Shown here one piece after another: positions 39,150 through 47,857 of a DNA stretch of 64,000 nucleotides. Under the pieces are notes generated by a model. That model was not told the DNA's origin. It did no database searches and saw only the letters and a program-made list of their open reading frames with translations. The position numbers and the translations under genes are program-made. The stretch spans positions 1-64,000 of IMG/VR virus record IMGVR_UViG_3300026189_000002; one strand, 5' to 3'. Numbering within the stretch: position 1 is the first letter of the stretch; the number at the start of each line of letters is the position of its first letter. The stretch is from a virus.

Positions 39150-40856
39150 ATGACGAAATCCTTATACGAAGACGCGTTAGCGGATGCAAAAGAGCTTAGA
39201 GAGTTAGCCGAAGAGGCTGCAAAGAAAAGCTTAATTGAATCTATAACGCCACAAATACGCGACTTAGTTAATAAAAGACTAATGGGCGAAGACATATCAA
39301 TGGATGACTTAAAAGATCTAGAAGCTCCTGAATCAGATGATGACAGAGCGGAAATGTCTTTTGACGACTTGCCTGATGAGCCTATGCCAGAAGAAATTGA
39401 TGGACCGGTCGTTAATATAGACGCCGCTGGCGACGTAAATATAGATTTATCAGGATCATCTGACGATGATGATGACGAACCCGTGTTAACTGCAGCCATG
39501 GCTGAAAACTTAATGAGGTTAATTAACGGACATCGAGTAAATGAATCTAGCGGTTTAGAAAAAAGATTTAACTTGCTAGAAGAAAGATTTAATAAGTTAA
39601 AAGACGTAATTTCCATTGTGTCTGGTAGATCTGTATCAAATGATAAATCAGCCAGAATTCATAAATCGTATTCCATGTGTGTTAAAGAGGCGCATAAAAT
39701 ACACAAACAACTAATACTTAAAGAACAAGCGACTCAAGGGGATCTTGAGCAAAGACTGACTATAATGATCAAGGAGATGAAAAACATGTCAAAGTCAAAC
39801 AGTCGCAACATCTTTGACTTCCTCTTCGAGGGTGAGGGCGTTGATGAAAGCGCAGAAGTAAATGAAGCAGCTGCAGCTGCAGCTGGTACTGCAGCACGGA
39901 TGGCTACCGGAATAGCCGGTCACTTGGTCGGCAAAGGCGCAAAAGCTGCTGCTGATAAAGTAACAAGCGAAGCCGATTTAGAAGAGGCTGAGCTTTCTTT
40001 AGAACTTTCTGATGAAGAAAGAGACGAATTAGCAGATGCTGAAGACTCTGCTGCTGTTGACGCAGCTTTAGAGGATATTCTAGGCGATCTTGAAGTTTCA
40101 ATGGAAGCTGGAGATGACGCCGGTGAAGAGCCTGCCGAAGAAGAAGCCGAAGAAGAGGCTGAAGAAGACGAAGATGAAGGCGACGACGAGGACGATGAAA
40201 TGGATCTTCCTGAGGGGTCTCACATGGAAGAGACTTATAACGAAGCCGATACAGTCTACGAAATTGACGAGAATATGCTTAGAGCCGCTCTTAGTAGCCT
40301 TAACGAAGAGGCTTCTGATGAGGCTGATCAGTTTGGCGGAGGCGAACTTGGAGATGAAATGTTCGTTGATGTTGATGAGGAAGACCTTATTAACGCCCTA
40401 GCTGATGAGCTTGGCTCTGTTTCTGAGACTGGCGCTAGCGCTCCTGAGGTTGCTGCTGAGTCACGTTCATATAGAACAATGCGCAGAGAGCTAAACCAGG
40501 CGCACTTGCAGTTAGAGAAATATGACAATACTGTTAGAGAGCTTAAGAAGCAGTTGGTCGAAATGAATCTTTTTAATGCCAAGCTTCTTTATGCTAACAA
40601 ACTAATGCAAAACAAAGATCTTACTCTAAAGCAACAGAAGACGATTGTTGAAGCACTAGACAATGCTCAGACAATAAGCGAGGCTAAGCTTCTCTTTAAG
40701 ACTCTATCAGAGTCGTTGAGAAGAAAAAAGGGAACTAAGAATCTTCAGGAATCAAAAATCTTGGGTTCTTCATCAAAGGTTACCAAGTCCGGACAAGCTC
40801 AAAAAGTGAATCCAGAAGGCGCTCGTTGGGCAGTTCTTGCTGGAATTAAATCATAA
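39150..40856 (+). CDS. Prohead core scaffolding protein (gp22-like position and function)
   Basis: MTKSLYEDALADAKELRE N-terminus after SD GGTGGA, a long acidic region, and C-terminal EMNLFNAKLLYANKL...RWAVLAGI. Directly precedes the capsid gene. Confidence 0.8.
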   Translation: MTKSLYEDALADAKELRELAEEAAKKSLIESITPQIRDLVNKRLMGEDISMDDLKDLEAPESDDDRAEMSFDDLPDEPMPEEIDGPVVNIDAAGDVNIDLSGSSDDDDDEPVLTAAMAENLMRLINGHRVNESSGLEKRFNLLEERFNKLKDVISIVSGRSVSNDKSARIHKSYSMCVKEAHKIHKQLILKEQATQGDLEQRLTIMIKEMKNMSKSNSRNIFDFLFEGEGVDESAEVNEAAAAAAGTAARMATGIAGHLVGKGAKAAADKVTSEADLEEAELSLELSDEERDELADAEDSAAVDAALEDILGDLEVSMEAGDDAGEEPAEEEAEEEAEEDEDEGDDEDDEMDLPEGSHMEETYNEADTVYEIDENMLRAALSSLNEEASDEADQFGGGELGDEMFVDVDEEDLINALADELGSVSETGASAPEVAAESRSYRTMRRELNQAHLQLEKYDNTVRELKKQLVEMNLFNAKLLYANKLMQNKDLTLKQQKTIVEALDNAQTISEAKLLFKTLSESLRRKKGTKNLQESKILGSSSKVTKSGQAQKVNPEGARWAVLAGIKS

Positions 40857-40867
40857 AAGGGGATAAG

Positions 40868-43351
40868 ATGTCTTTTACACTTGAGCAGCTTTCAGAGGGC
40901 ATCCGCGCTCGCCATCTAGGGGCTGAAAACAACAGATTAATTGAAAAATGGACCAAAACCGGTCTTTTACGCGGATTAAACGGTGTTAATCGAGAGTCTA
41001 TGGCTAGACTGCTTGAGAATCAGGCATCCCACGTTATTAAAGAGGCTTCTAGTCTTGGAAATGGTGGTAATGGTGCTTTAACAGCTTCTGGCGACATGAG
41101 AGGCTTCACTAATGTTGCTTTTCCTATCGTTAGAAGAGTATTTGGTGGCCTAATTGCAAATGATCTTGTTTCAATTCAGCCTATGAGTCTTCCTTCAGGA
41201 CTGCTCTTCTATCTTGACTACACAAGAGGCGGAGATCACGGCGTTGGAGATCCTATTAGCGGTCAGTCAAACTCAATATATGATAAAGGTTCTTCTTTAT
41301 ATAATAACCCAACGGGCTCTGCCATAAGAAAAGGTTCAAATGCAGTTGCTGGTCAATATGACCTTGCAGGAACTTCTTTTTCTAGAGCACACGGCAAGAG
41401 GTTGCTGGCTACTGCAGATATTGCAGCAGCTGGAACTGTTTTGGCTGACGGAACAATTGGTCGCGACATTGATGGCGATAACGGCGATAGAACAAAAACT
41501 TTGACAGCAACCGGAGCTGATGCACTTCTCCTTGATTTTGATCAGCAGGTTCTAGACACTGTTGCCGCTGGTGATAGTCATGCATCAGGTTCAAATCCAT
41601 TCTCCTTGCTCTGTGTTAAAACAGAGAACATGACGGATTTAGATCCAACCGCTATCAAGGGCGTTGCGCTACTAGCAAACTCTGGCTCTGCTGAGGGTAT
41701 TGGCGGCGGCGGTGGTCCTGCCTCTGCTACTGTTACAGTTTTAGCTGATTCGTTTGGCGATGCATTTGGAAATGGAAACGAATTAACTATAGGCATAGTT
41801 CTTCCTGCTGCTTTTGTTTCTCCTGAGGCTGGACAAAATGCCGCCGTTCCTGCAGCTCAGACCACAATAAGCGTAATCATTCAAGACTTCGGCGAATTAG
41901 GACCTGGTAATCCTGCACAGAATGCAATACACGTTGATTCTGCCGGAACAGCTAATATTAATGAAGTTGCAACACTTATAGCTAGTGCGCTTAACGGTAC
42001 AGAAGATGCTGCTATTGCTACAAATATAGCAGCTGCTCTAGCAAGTGGCGATGACGACATTGCAGATGGCCCAATTTTTGGTATTACGGCATCTGTGGAT
42101 GGTGCTGTTGTTACAATCTCTCAAGCTCGCGACGGAGATGAACATGCGGTTGGATTAACTGCTGCAGGCCAAGCTCACGATCAAGCTGCTCAAGTAACCC
42201 TAGGCGGTCTAGTCAACGGAAATCTTTCTGGTGGCGTTGATGATGGTACTCCTGTACACCTCAAGGTTGTTGGAAATGACTCAAAGGGTAATCCTTTCCA
42301 AGAGGGTGCTGGTTTGGTTAACATCAGAAGACTAAATGTTCTTGGTACAATGTCGGGCGGCGTCTTTACAGAGAATCCTTTCGCTGACGTAAAAAATGCA
42401 GCTACAGCAATCAGAATGGTTGTTGCAGGCGCTATACCAACAGAGACAATCGAAAAGGCAGAGCTCGATACTTCAGGTTCACTAGTTTACCCTAGAGCTT
42501 CGCAGCTTTCTACAGGAAACGGAGACACTCTAGTTGTTCCTTCTTTTGAGTCTGACTTTAACGGTGCAAACCCGCAGCCTTCAATCCCTGAGATTGACAT
42601 AAAGGTTGAGGCTGTTCCAGTTGTTGCTGAGACTAGAAAGCTAAGAGCAAGATGGTCTCCTGAATTAGCGCAGGACCTTAACGCTTATCACAGCCTAGAT
42701 GCAGAGGTTGAGTTGACTCAGATTCTATCTGAGCAGATTGCCCTAGAGATCGATAGAGAAATTCTCAGCGATCTTTTGACCGGCGCTTCTGCAGCAAACT
42801 TCTTCTGGTCAAGAGCTCCAGGTAAGTTTGTTAACAAGGAAACGGCTGAGGATGGCCCAGCGACCGCTAGCTTTACAGGTACGGTTCGTGAGTGGTATGA
42901 GACTCTAGTAGAGACGATCATAGACGTTGCCAATCAGATTCACAGAAAGACGCTAAGAGGTTCTGCGAACTTCATTGTCTGCGGACCTGATGTTGCGACG
43001 ATTTTAGAAGCTTCAGTTCTTTACAAGCCTAGCTACTCACTTGACGGTGACGGTCAGGTATCAGCGCCGATGGTTATTGGAGCTGATAGAGCAGGAACAT
43101 TGAGCAATAGATTTACAGTCTATAAGGACCCTTATTTCCCACGTAACAAGATCTTGGTCGGTTACAAGGGCGGAAGTTACTTAGAGACAGGTTTTGTATA
43201 CGCTCCTTATGTTCCACTTATCGTTACTCCTACAATCTTCCAGCCTGAAGACTTTACTCCTAGAAAGGGAGTGATGACTCGCTACGGTAAGAAGATGGTA
43301 AGAGCCGATTTTTACGGAACGGTTACTTGCTTGGATATGAATATCATCTAA
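40868..43351 (+). CDS. gp23: Major capsid protein paralog 1 (T4 gp23-like, large insertion, 827 aa)
   Basis: KWTKTGLL, AFPIVRRVF, LVSIQPMSLPSGLLFYLD, TRKLRARWSPELAQDLNAYH, EIDREIL, YAPYVPL, FTPRKGVMTRYG. Confidence 0.95.
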   Translation: MSFTLEQLSEGIRARHLGAENNRLIEKWTKTGLLRGLNGVNRESMARLLENQASHVIKEASSLGNGGNGALTASGDMRGFTNVAFPIVRRVFGGLIANDLVSIQPMSLPSGLLFYLDYTRGGDHGVGDPISGQSNSIYDKGSSLYNNPTGSAIRKGSNAVAGQYDLAGTSFSRAHGKRLLATADIAAAGTVLADGTIGRDIDGDNGDRTKTLTATGADALLLDFDQQVLDTVAAGDSHASGSNPFSLLCVKTENMTDLDPTAIKGVALLANSGSAEGIGGGGGPASATVTVLADSFGDAFGNGNELTIGIVLPAAFVSPEAGQNAAVPAAQTTISVIIQDFGELGPGNPAQNAIHVDSAGTANINEVATLIASALNGTEDAAIATNIAAALASGDDDIADGPIFGITASVDGAVVTISQARDGDEHAVGLTAAGQAHDQAAQVTLGGLVNGNLSGGVDDGTPVHLKVVGNDSKGNPFQEGAGLVNIRRLNVLGTMSGGVFTENPFADVKNAATAIRMVVAGAIPTETIEKAELDTSGSLVYPRASQLSTGNGDTLVVPSFESDFNGANPQPSIPEIDIKVEAVPVVAETRKLRARWSPELAQDLNAYHSLDAEVELTQILSEQIALEIDREILSDLLTGASAANFFWSRAPGKFVNKETAEDGPATASFTGTVREWYETLVETIIDVANQIHRKTLRGSANFIVCGPDVATILEASVLYKPSYSLDGDGQVSAPMVIGADRAGTLSNRFTVYKDPYFPRNKILVGYKGGSYLETGFVYAPYVPLIVTPTIFQPEDFTPRKGVMTRYGKKMVRADFYGTVTCLDMNII

Positions 43352-43371
43352 GCTTTTAGCTAGCGAAAATT

Positions 43372-43400
43372 AAAAGGGACCTTTTTGGTCCCTTTTTTTT
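43372..43400 (+). terminator. Rho-independent terminator after capsid gene 1
   Basis: AAAAGGGACC-TTTTT-GGTCCCTTTT hairpin followed by a T run. Confidence 0.9.
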
Positions 43401-43433
43401 ATTTTTAGTTTTTTCATAATACATTTTAACAAT

Positions 43434-43440
43434 ATACTTA
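43434..43440 (+). promoter_or_regulatory. Candidate late promoter motif ATACTTA for capsid gene 2
   Basis: The same heptamer lies before the scaffold gene (39122) and sheath 1 (49796). It sits just after the terminator. Confidence 0.5.
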
Positions 43441-43703
43441 GTTAAGTGGATATAAGCTGCAAATGGAGGCCATTAATGGATCCAGCGGCGAAAGATTTTT
43501 AAAAGAGGATCAACTCACAATAGTTGTCCAAGAAGTTAATACAGATTGAATTCCCGGCCTTCTGTGTTTGTTTAGTATGGGAATGGTAAGTTCTGTTATC
43601 TAACAGATCGCTCCGGCTGACGCCTAATGGTTGCGATGAAGATTTTGGGGCTTTCCGATTTTGTTCGAATGATGACATAATATATTTTTTAAGGAGTAAT
43701 AAA

Positions 43704-45677
43704 ATGTCAAACTTTTCATTGGAGCAGTTGACGGAGGGCATTCGCCAGAGACATCTCGGTAGCCAGAACCGTCAGCTCGTAGATAAGTGGGCCAGAACCG
43801 GTCTACTTCGTGGTTTAGAAGGCACAGGCCGTGAAAACATGGCTCGCCTACTAGAAAACCAAGCTTCACAGGTTCTTCGTGAGGCTTCTAGTCTTGGTGA
43901 CGGCGGCAACGGCGCTCTATCTGCTTCTGGCGATATGCGCGGTTTTACCAACGTTGCTTTCCCTATTGTTCGCCGTGTTTTCGGTGGATTGATTGCAAAC
44001 GATCTTGTTTCAATTCAGCCTATGAGCCTTCCTTCAGGACTGCTCTTCTATCTAGATTATACATCAGGCGCTGCTCACGGAGTAAGCCCCGCTCATGCAG
44101 ACGGCAGAAAAGCTGCTGCAGTTAATCCAGAGGGATCTTCTCTTTACAATGGCCCTTCAGGAGCCGGCGTCAGAACAGGCTCAACAGCAATAGGCGGAAA
44201 ATATGACTTAGGCGGTTTAGCCCAGTCTCGTAACATGAGACTAAATGAAGATCTTGATTTCCTAGGAACCGATGGAGAACCTGCAGCTTCTAGAAACTTT
44301 GTTTTCTTGGCCAATAATCATGATCTACCGGTTATACCTAATGCAAATGATCCCGGTCCCGGAGTTGGAACTACTGGTTTAGCCGGTAGACTTCTTCAGT
44401 TTGATGCACAGACAATTGCTGATATTGAAGCTGGACAAGAAGTCAGCTTCTTGCTTATACCGTTTACGGAGCATAACTTCAAAGACTGCGATTCAACTAT
44501 GGTTAAAGAAATCATGGTAGTTGATGATTCAGATGATGCTTCTTTGACTTATTTTCAAGCAGTTCCTACAACTCGCCAAGGTGCTTCCAACGCCTTAAAC
44601 ATTATGAAGCTTAATCAGCTTGTTAAGGTTGAAGATTCACACGGCACTGCCAAGTTGGATGCTCCCAAGATCGCCGCAATGACTCCCGCACCTTTAGCTT
44701 CTGTTGGAGACGATGATGTATGCTTGTTGGTTGCATGCCATAATGACGGTGGTGCTCTTACTAATGCCGATATGAATGATGGTGCTGGCGGTAAGCTAGG
44801 TGTTGTATATCCAGTTGCATCATCCTTATCTGCTGAAGACGGATCAAGCATAGTTGTTCCTTCTTTCGAGTCAGACATGGATGCTTCTAATCCGCAGCCT
44901 ACAATCCCAGAGATTGACATCAAGGTTGAGGCCGTTCCAGTTGTTGCTGAGACTCGCAAGCTACGTGCACGTTGGTCACCAGAGCTCGCTCAGGATCTTA
45001 ACGCTTATCACAGCCTTGACGCTGAGGTTGAGTTGACCCAGATCCTTTCAGAGCAGATTGCTTTGGAAATCGACCGCGAGATCCTTAGTGATCTTCTTAC
45101 TGGCGCTTCTGCAGCAAACTTCTTCTGGTCAAGAGCTCCAGGTAAGTTTGTTAACAAAGAAACAGCAGCTAATGTAGTAAGTTCCGGAGTTCCTTCTTTT
45201 ACAGGAACTGTTCGTGAGTGGTATGAGACTCTCGTAGAAACAATCATTGACGTTGCTAATCAGATTCACCGCAAGACGCTTCGCGGTTCTGCAAACTTTA
45301 TCGTTTGCGGTCCGGACGTTGCAACAATTCTTGAGGCATCTGTTCTTTACAAGCCTTCTTACACCCTTGATGGTGACGGACAGGTTTCGCAGCCAATGGT
45401 TATCGGTGCAGACCGCGCTGGTACACTAAGTAACCGCTTCACTGTTTACAAGGATCCTTACTTCCCAAGAAATAAGATTCTTGTTGGTTACAAGGGCGGA
45501 AGCTACTTGGAGACTGGATTCGTCTATGCTCCTTACGTACCATTGATTGTCACACCTACAATCTTCCAGCCAGAGGATTTCACCCCACGTAAGGGTGTCA
45601 TGACTCGCTACGGCAAGAAGATGGTTCGTGCTGACTTCTACGGCACAGTCACTTGCTTGGATATGAACATTATTTAA
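43704..45677 (+). CDS. gp23: Major capsid protein paralog 2 (T4 gp23-like, 657 aa)
   Basis: Same gp23 motifs as paralog 1. SD AAGGAG. Strong CGT/CGC codon bias. Confidence 0.95.
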   Translation: MSNFSLEQLTEGIRQRHLGSQNRQLVDKWARTGLLRGLEGTGRENMARLLENQASQVLREASSLGDGGNGALSASGDMRGFTNVAFPIVRRVFGGLIANDLVSIQPMSLPSGLLFYLDYTSGAAHGVSPAHADGRKAAAVNPEGSSLYNGPSGAGVRTGSTAIGGKYDLGGLAQSRNMRLNEDLDFLGTDGEPAASRNFVFLANNHDLPVIPNANDPGPGVGTTGLAGRLLQFDAQTIADIEAGQEVSFLLIPFTEHNFKDCDSTMVKEIMVVDDSDDASLTYFQAVPTTRQGASNALNIMKLNQLVKVEDSHGTAKLDAPKIAAMTPAPLASVGDDDVCLLVACHNDGGALTNADMNDGAGGKLGVVYPVASSLSAEDGSSIVVPSFESDMDASNPQPTIPEIDIKVEAVPVVAETRKLRARWSPELAQDLNAYHSLDAEVELTQILSEQIALEIDREILSDLLTGASAANFFWSRAPGKFVNKETAANVVSSGVPSFTGTVREWYETLVETIIDVANQIHRKTLRGSANFIVCGPDVATILEASVLYKPSYTLDGDGQVSQPMVIGADRAGTLSNRFTVYKDPYFPRNKILVGYKGGSYLETGFVYAPYVPLIVTPTIFQPEDFTPRKGVMTRYGKKMVRADFYGTVTCLDMNII

Positions 45678-45701
45678 GTTCATTTCTAGCAATCGCTAAT
45701 C

Positions 45702-45735
45702 GGAGGGGTCGTTATTCGGCCCCTCCTTTTTTTTT
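45702..45735 (+). terminator. Rho-independent terminator after capsid gene 2
   Basis: GGAGGGGTCG-TTATT-CGGCCCCTCC hairpin followed by T9. Confidence 0.92.
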
Positions 45736-45791
45736 CTTATTTTTAAATCTGATATTTATACTTGTCTATTTTTCTGTTTGAGGTTTATACT

Positions 45792-46316
45792 ATGTCTAGC
45801 GAACGTCTAAAGCGATTAAAGTGTCTTGTTGATGAATTGTCAGACAGGGATCGCCAACTAAAAAGCGATTCTGGCATGTTTGTCGATTTTTTTCAAAACT
45901 TTCCTATTCCTGTTACCATGTGGTCTTTAGACGAGTCGGGGAATATATTAGCTAAGCGTGGAAATGCAGTTGTTAAAGAAGCCGGTGCGACTTGCTTAGG
46001 CAATATGTTTTTAGACAATTATTCTAACGAATTTAAGGAAGCCCATAAAAAAGCATACGAAGGACAAAACGTAGAATTTTTTTCTGAGCTAACAGATAAA
46101 GTATATTACACTAGACTTGTTCCTAGAAAATCTGAAGATGAAATAATAGGACTAACAGGAATATCTTGGGATATAACTTCTAATTTTAAAATTTTACAAT
46201 CACTAAAATCCATAATTGAAATGTGCGATAATGAAAACTCTGAAAAAAAAGATATTAAAAAAATCGCTCAAGAATCAATAAACATCAGCAGAATAAAAAA
46301 ACTGTTAGGAGAATAA
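45792..46316 (+). CDS. Stand-alone PAS-domain protein
   Basis: FFQNFPIPVTMWSLDESGNI...HKKAYEGQNVEF...YYTRLVPRKSEDEIIGLTGISWDIT matches a PAS/PAC pattern. ATG 45792 follows GAGG. Confidence 0.7.
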   Translation: MSSERLKRLKCLVDELSDRDRQLKSDSGMFVDFFQNFPIPVTMWSLDESGNILAKRGNAVVKEAGATCLGNMFLDNYSNEFKEAHKKAYEGQNVEFFSELTDKVYYTRLVPRKSEDEIIGLTGISWDITSNFKILQSLKSIIEMCDNENSEKKDIKKIAQESINISRIKKLLGE

Positions 46317-46652
46317 ATGAGCGACAATAATCAAAACGGCTGGAATGAATATTCTAGGCTAGTATTAAAAGAGCTAGAAACTCTTGCAGATGGAATAGAG
46401 TCAGTAAAATCAGAACTTCAAGAAGTCAGACAAGAGATGGCAAAAATGCAAGTTAGAGAAGACCGCATGGAAGAAATAAAACAGTGGAAAGAAAGAGTTG
46501 ACGATGTTGCTTCTCCGATACAACTAAAAGAACTAGTTAACGAAGTAAGTTCCCTTAAAGAATTTAAAACTAGGGCTATAACAATTTTTGCAGTCGTACA
46601 GTTTATAATGGCGTTTTCTGTATGGTATGTTAAATTCTTTCCGACAGGTTAA
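46317..46652 (+). CDS. Coiled-coil protein with C-terminal transmembrane helix (holin-like candidate)
   Basis: Heptad-rich N-terminus. Hydrophobic AITIFAVVQFIMAFSVWYV tail. Confidence 0.6.
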   Translation: MSDNNQNGWNEYSRLVLKELETLADGIESVKSELQEVRQEMAKMQVREDRMEEIKQWKERVDDVASPIQLKELVNEVSSLKEFKTRAITIFAVVQFIMAFSVWYVKFFPTG

Positions 46653-46686
46653 TTTATGATCATATTTACTTTTATGGAACTGCAAC

Positions 46687-47853
46687 ATGGCTAATTTTTT
46701 AAACACACAAAATCCTACCCCTTTTGGATTTTTTGATTCTGATAGGGACTTTCAAGTAGAAGCAGACTCCATGGTTGTATTTGTTAAAAGAAAACTAGGC
46801 GACGATATACTCAGCGTAGAGTTAACTAATAAACAAATATGGGCTGGTTTCGAAGAATCTATGCTTGAATACAGCTCTATTATAAATCAATACCAAGCGA
46901 AATCTCAACTTTCTAATCTACTAGGTGAAGCCACAGGTTCTTTAGAAGGAATGGAGAATAAGTTTTTTAGAGAGAGCGTAGAGTTTATGCTTAGAAGAGC
47001 AGAGCCCTATGCTATGGAAGCCGGCTTAGGTGGATCTTTTAATATGATGTCTGGTTCTATAAAGCTAGAAAAAGGCAGGCAGGATTACGATATTTATACA
47101 GAGCTAAAAGATTCAGATGGAACTCCTCTTTTCGAAAGAGAAGATACGCCCGACTCAAAAATGAAAATAATGGAAGTATTTCACTTTTCTCCTCAGGCGG
47201 CATATAGATTTTTTGATTCTACATCGGCTATAAACTATTTAAATAACGAATTTTCTTTTGAGTCTTTTACGCCTGAAACTGTATTTTACGTTCTTCCAGT
47301 TTTTGAAGATGTTCTTAGAGGCGGGATGTTAGATATGTCTTCTAGGGTTAGAAGATCTAACTATTCATATAAAATAACAGGCACCAAGATAAGAATATAT
47401 CCAGTTCCAACTCAAGAAAACCCCCAGTCTTTATTTTTAAGAGTTCATTTTGCACCGAATGTTTCTAATCCATCGTTTAAAGACAGTTCTATTTCAGGGG
47501 TTAGTAATCTGTCGAATGTTCCTTACGGAAGAATACAGTTCAGCGGGATAAATTCAATAGGCAGACAATGGGTTAGACAATTTTGCTTAGCAAACTGCAA
47601 AGAGTTATTAGGCATGGTTAGATCTAAGTTTTCTAGCGTTCCAATACCCGGAAGCGATCTGCAGTTGAACGGAACTGATTTAATAGCTCAAGGAAGAGAA
47701 GATAAAGAATCACTGAGAGTAAAGTTGTCTGAAATGCTAGATAGTATGACTTACAGTAAGATGCTTGAAGACGAAGCTCAAGCTTCAGAAAACTTAACGA
47801 CTATACTAAAGAAATTGCCTATTCCCAATGGAAAAGCTATAATAGTAGGATAA
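46687..47853 (+). CDS. gp13: Neck protein (T4 gp13-like)
   Basis: VKRKLG...VELT, WVRQF.LA..KELLG.VRSKF..VP.PG..LQLNG. Confidence 0.8.
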   Translation: MANFLNTQNPTPFGFFDSDRDFQVEADSMVVFVKRKLGDDILSVELTNKQIWAGFEESMLEYSSIINQYQAKSQLSNLLGEATGSLEGMENKFFRESVEFMLRRAEPYAMEAGLGGSFNMMSGSIKLEKGRQDYDIYTELKDSDGTPLFEREDTPDSKMKIMEVFHFSPQAAYRFFDSTSAINYLNNEFSFESFTPETVFYVLPVFEDVLRGGMLDMSSRVRRSNYSYKITGTKIRIYPVPTQENPQSLFLRVHFAPNVSNPSFKDSSISGVSNLSNVPYGRIQFSGINSIGRQWVRQFCLANCKELLGMVRSKFSSVPIPGSDLQLNGTDLIAQGREDKESLRVKLSEMLDSMTYSKMLEDEAQASENLTTILKKLPIPNGKAIIVG

Positions 47854-47857
47854 AAAA

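Noticed and set aside
40120-40200. GAA/GAC-rich quasi-repeat
   Set aside because: It reflects the acidic low-complexity tract typical of scaffold proteins.
40868-45677. Capsid paralogs as a diversity-generating retroelement TR/VR pair
   Set aside because: There is no reverse transcriptase in the window, both copies are full genes, and mismatches are mostly synonymous and not adenine-specific.
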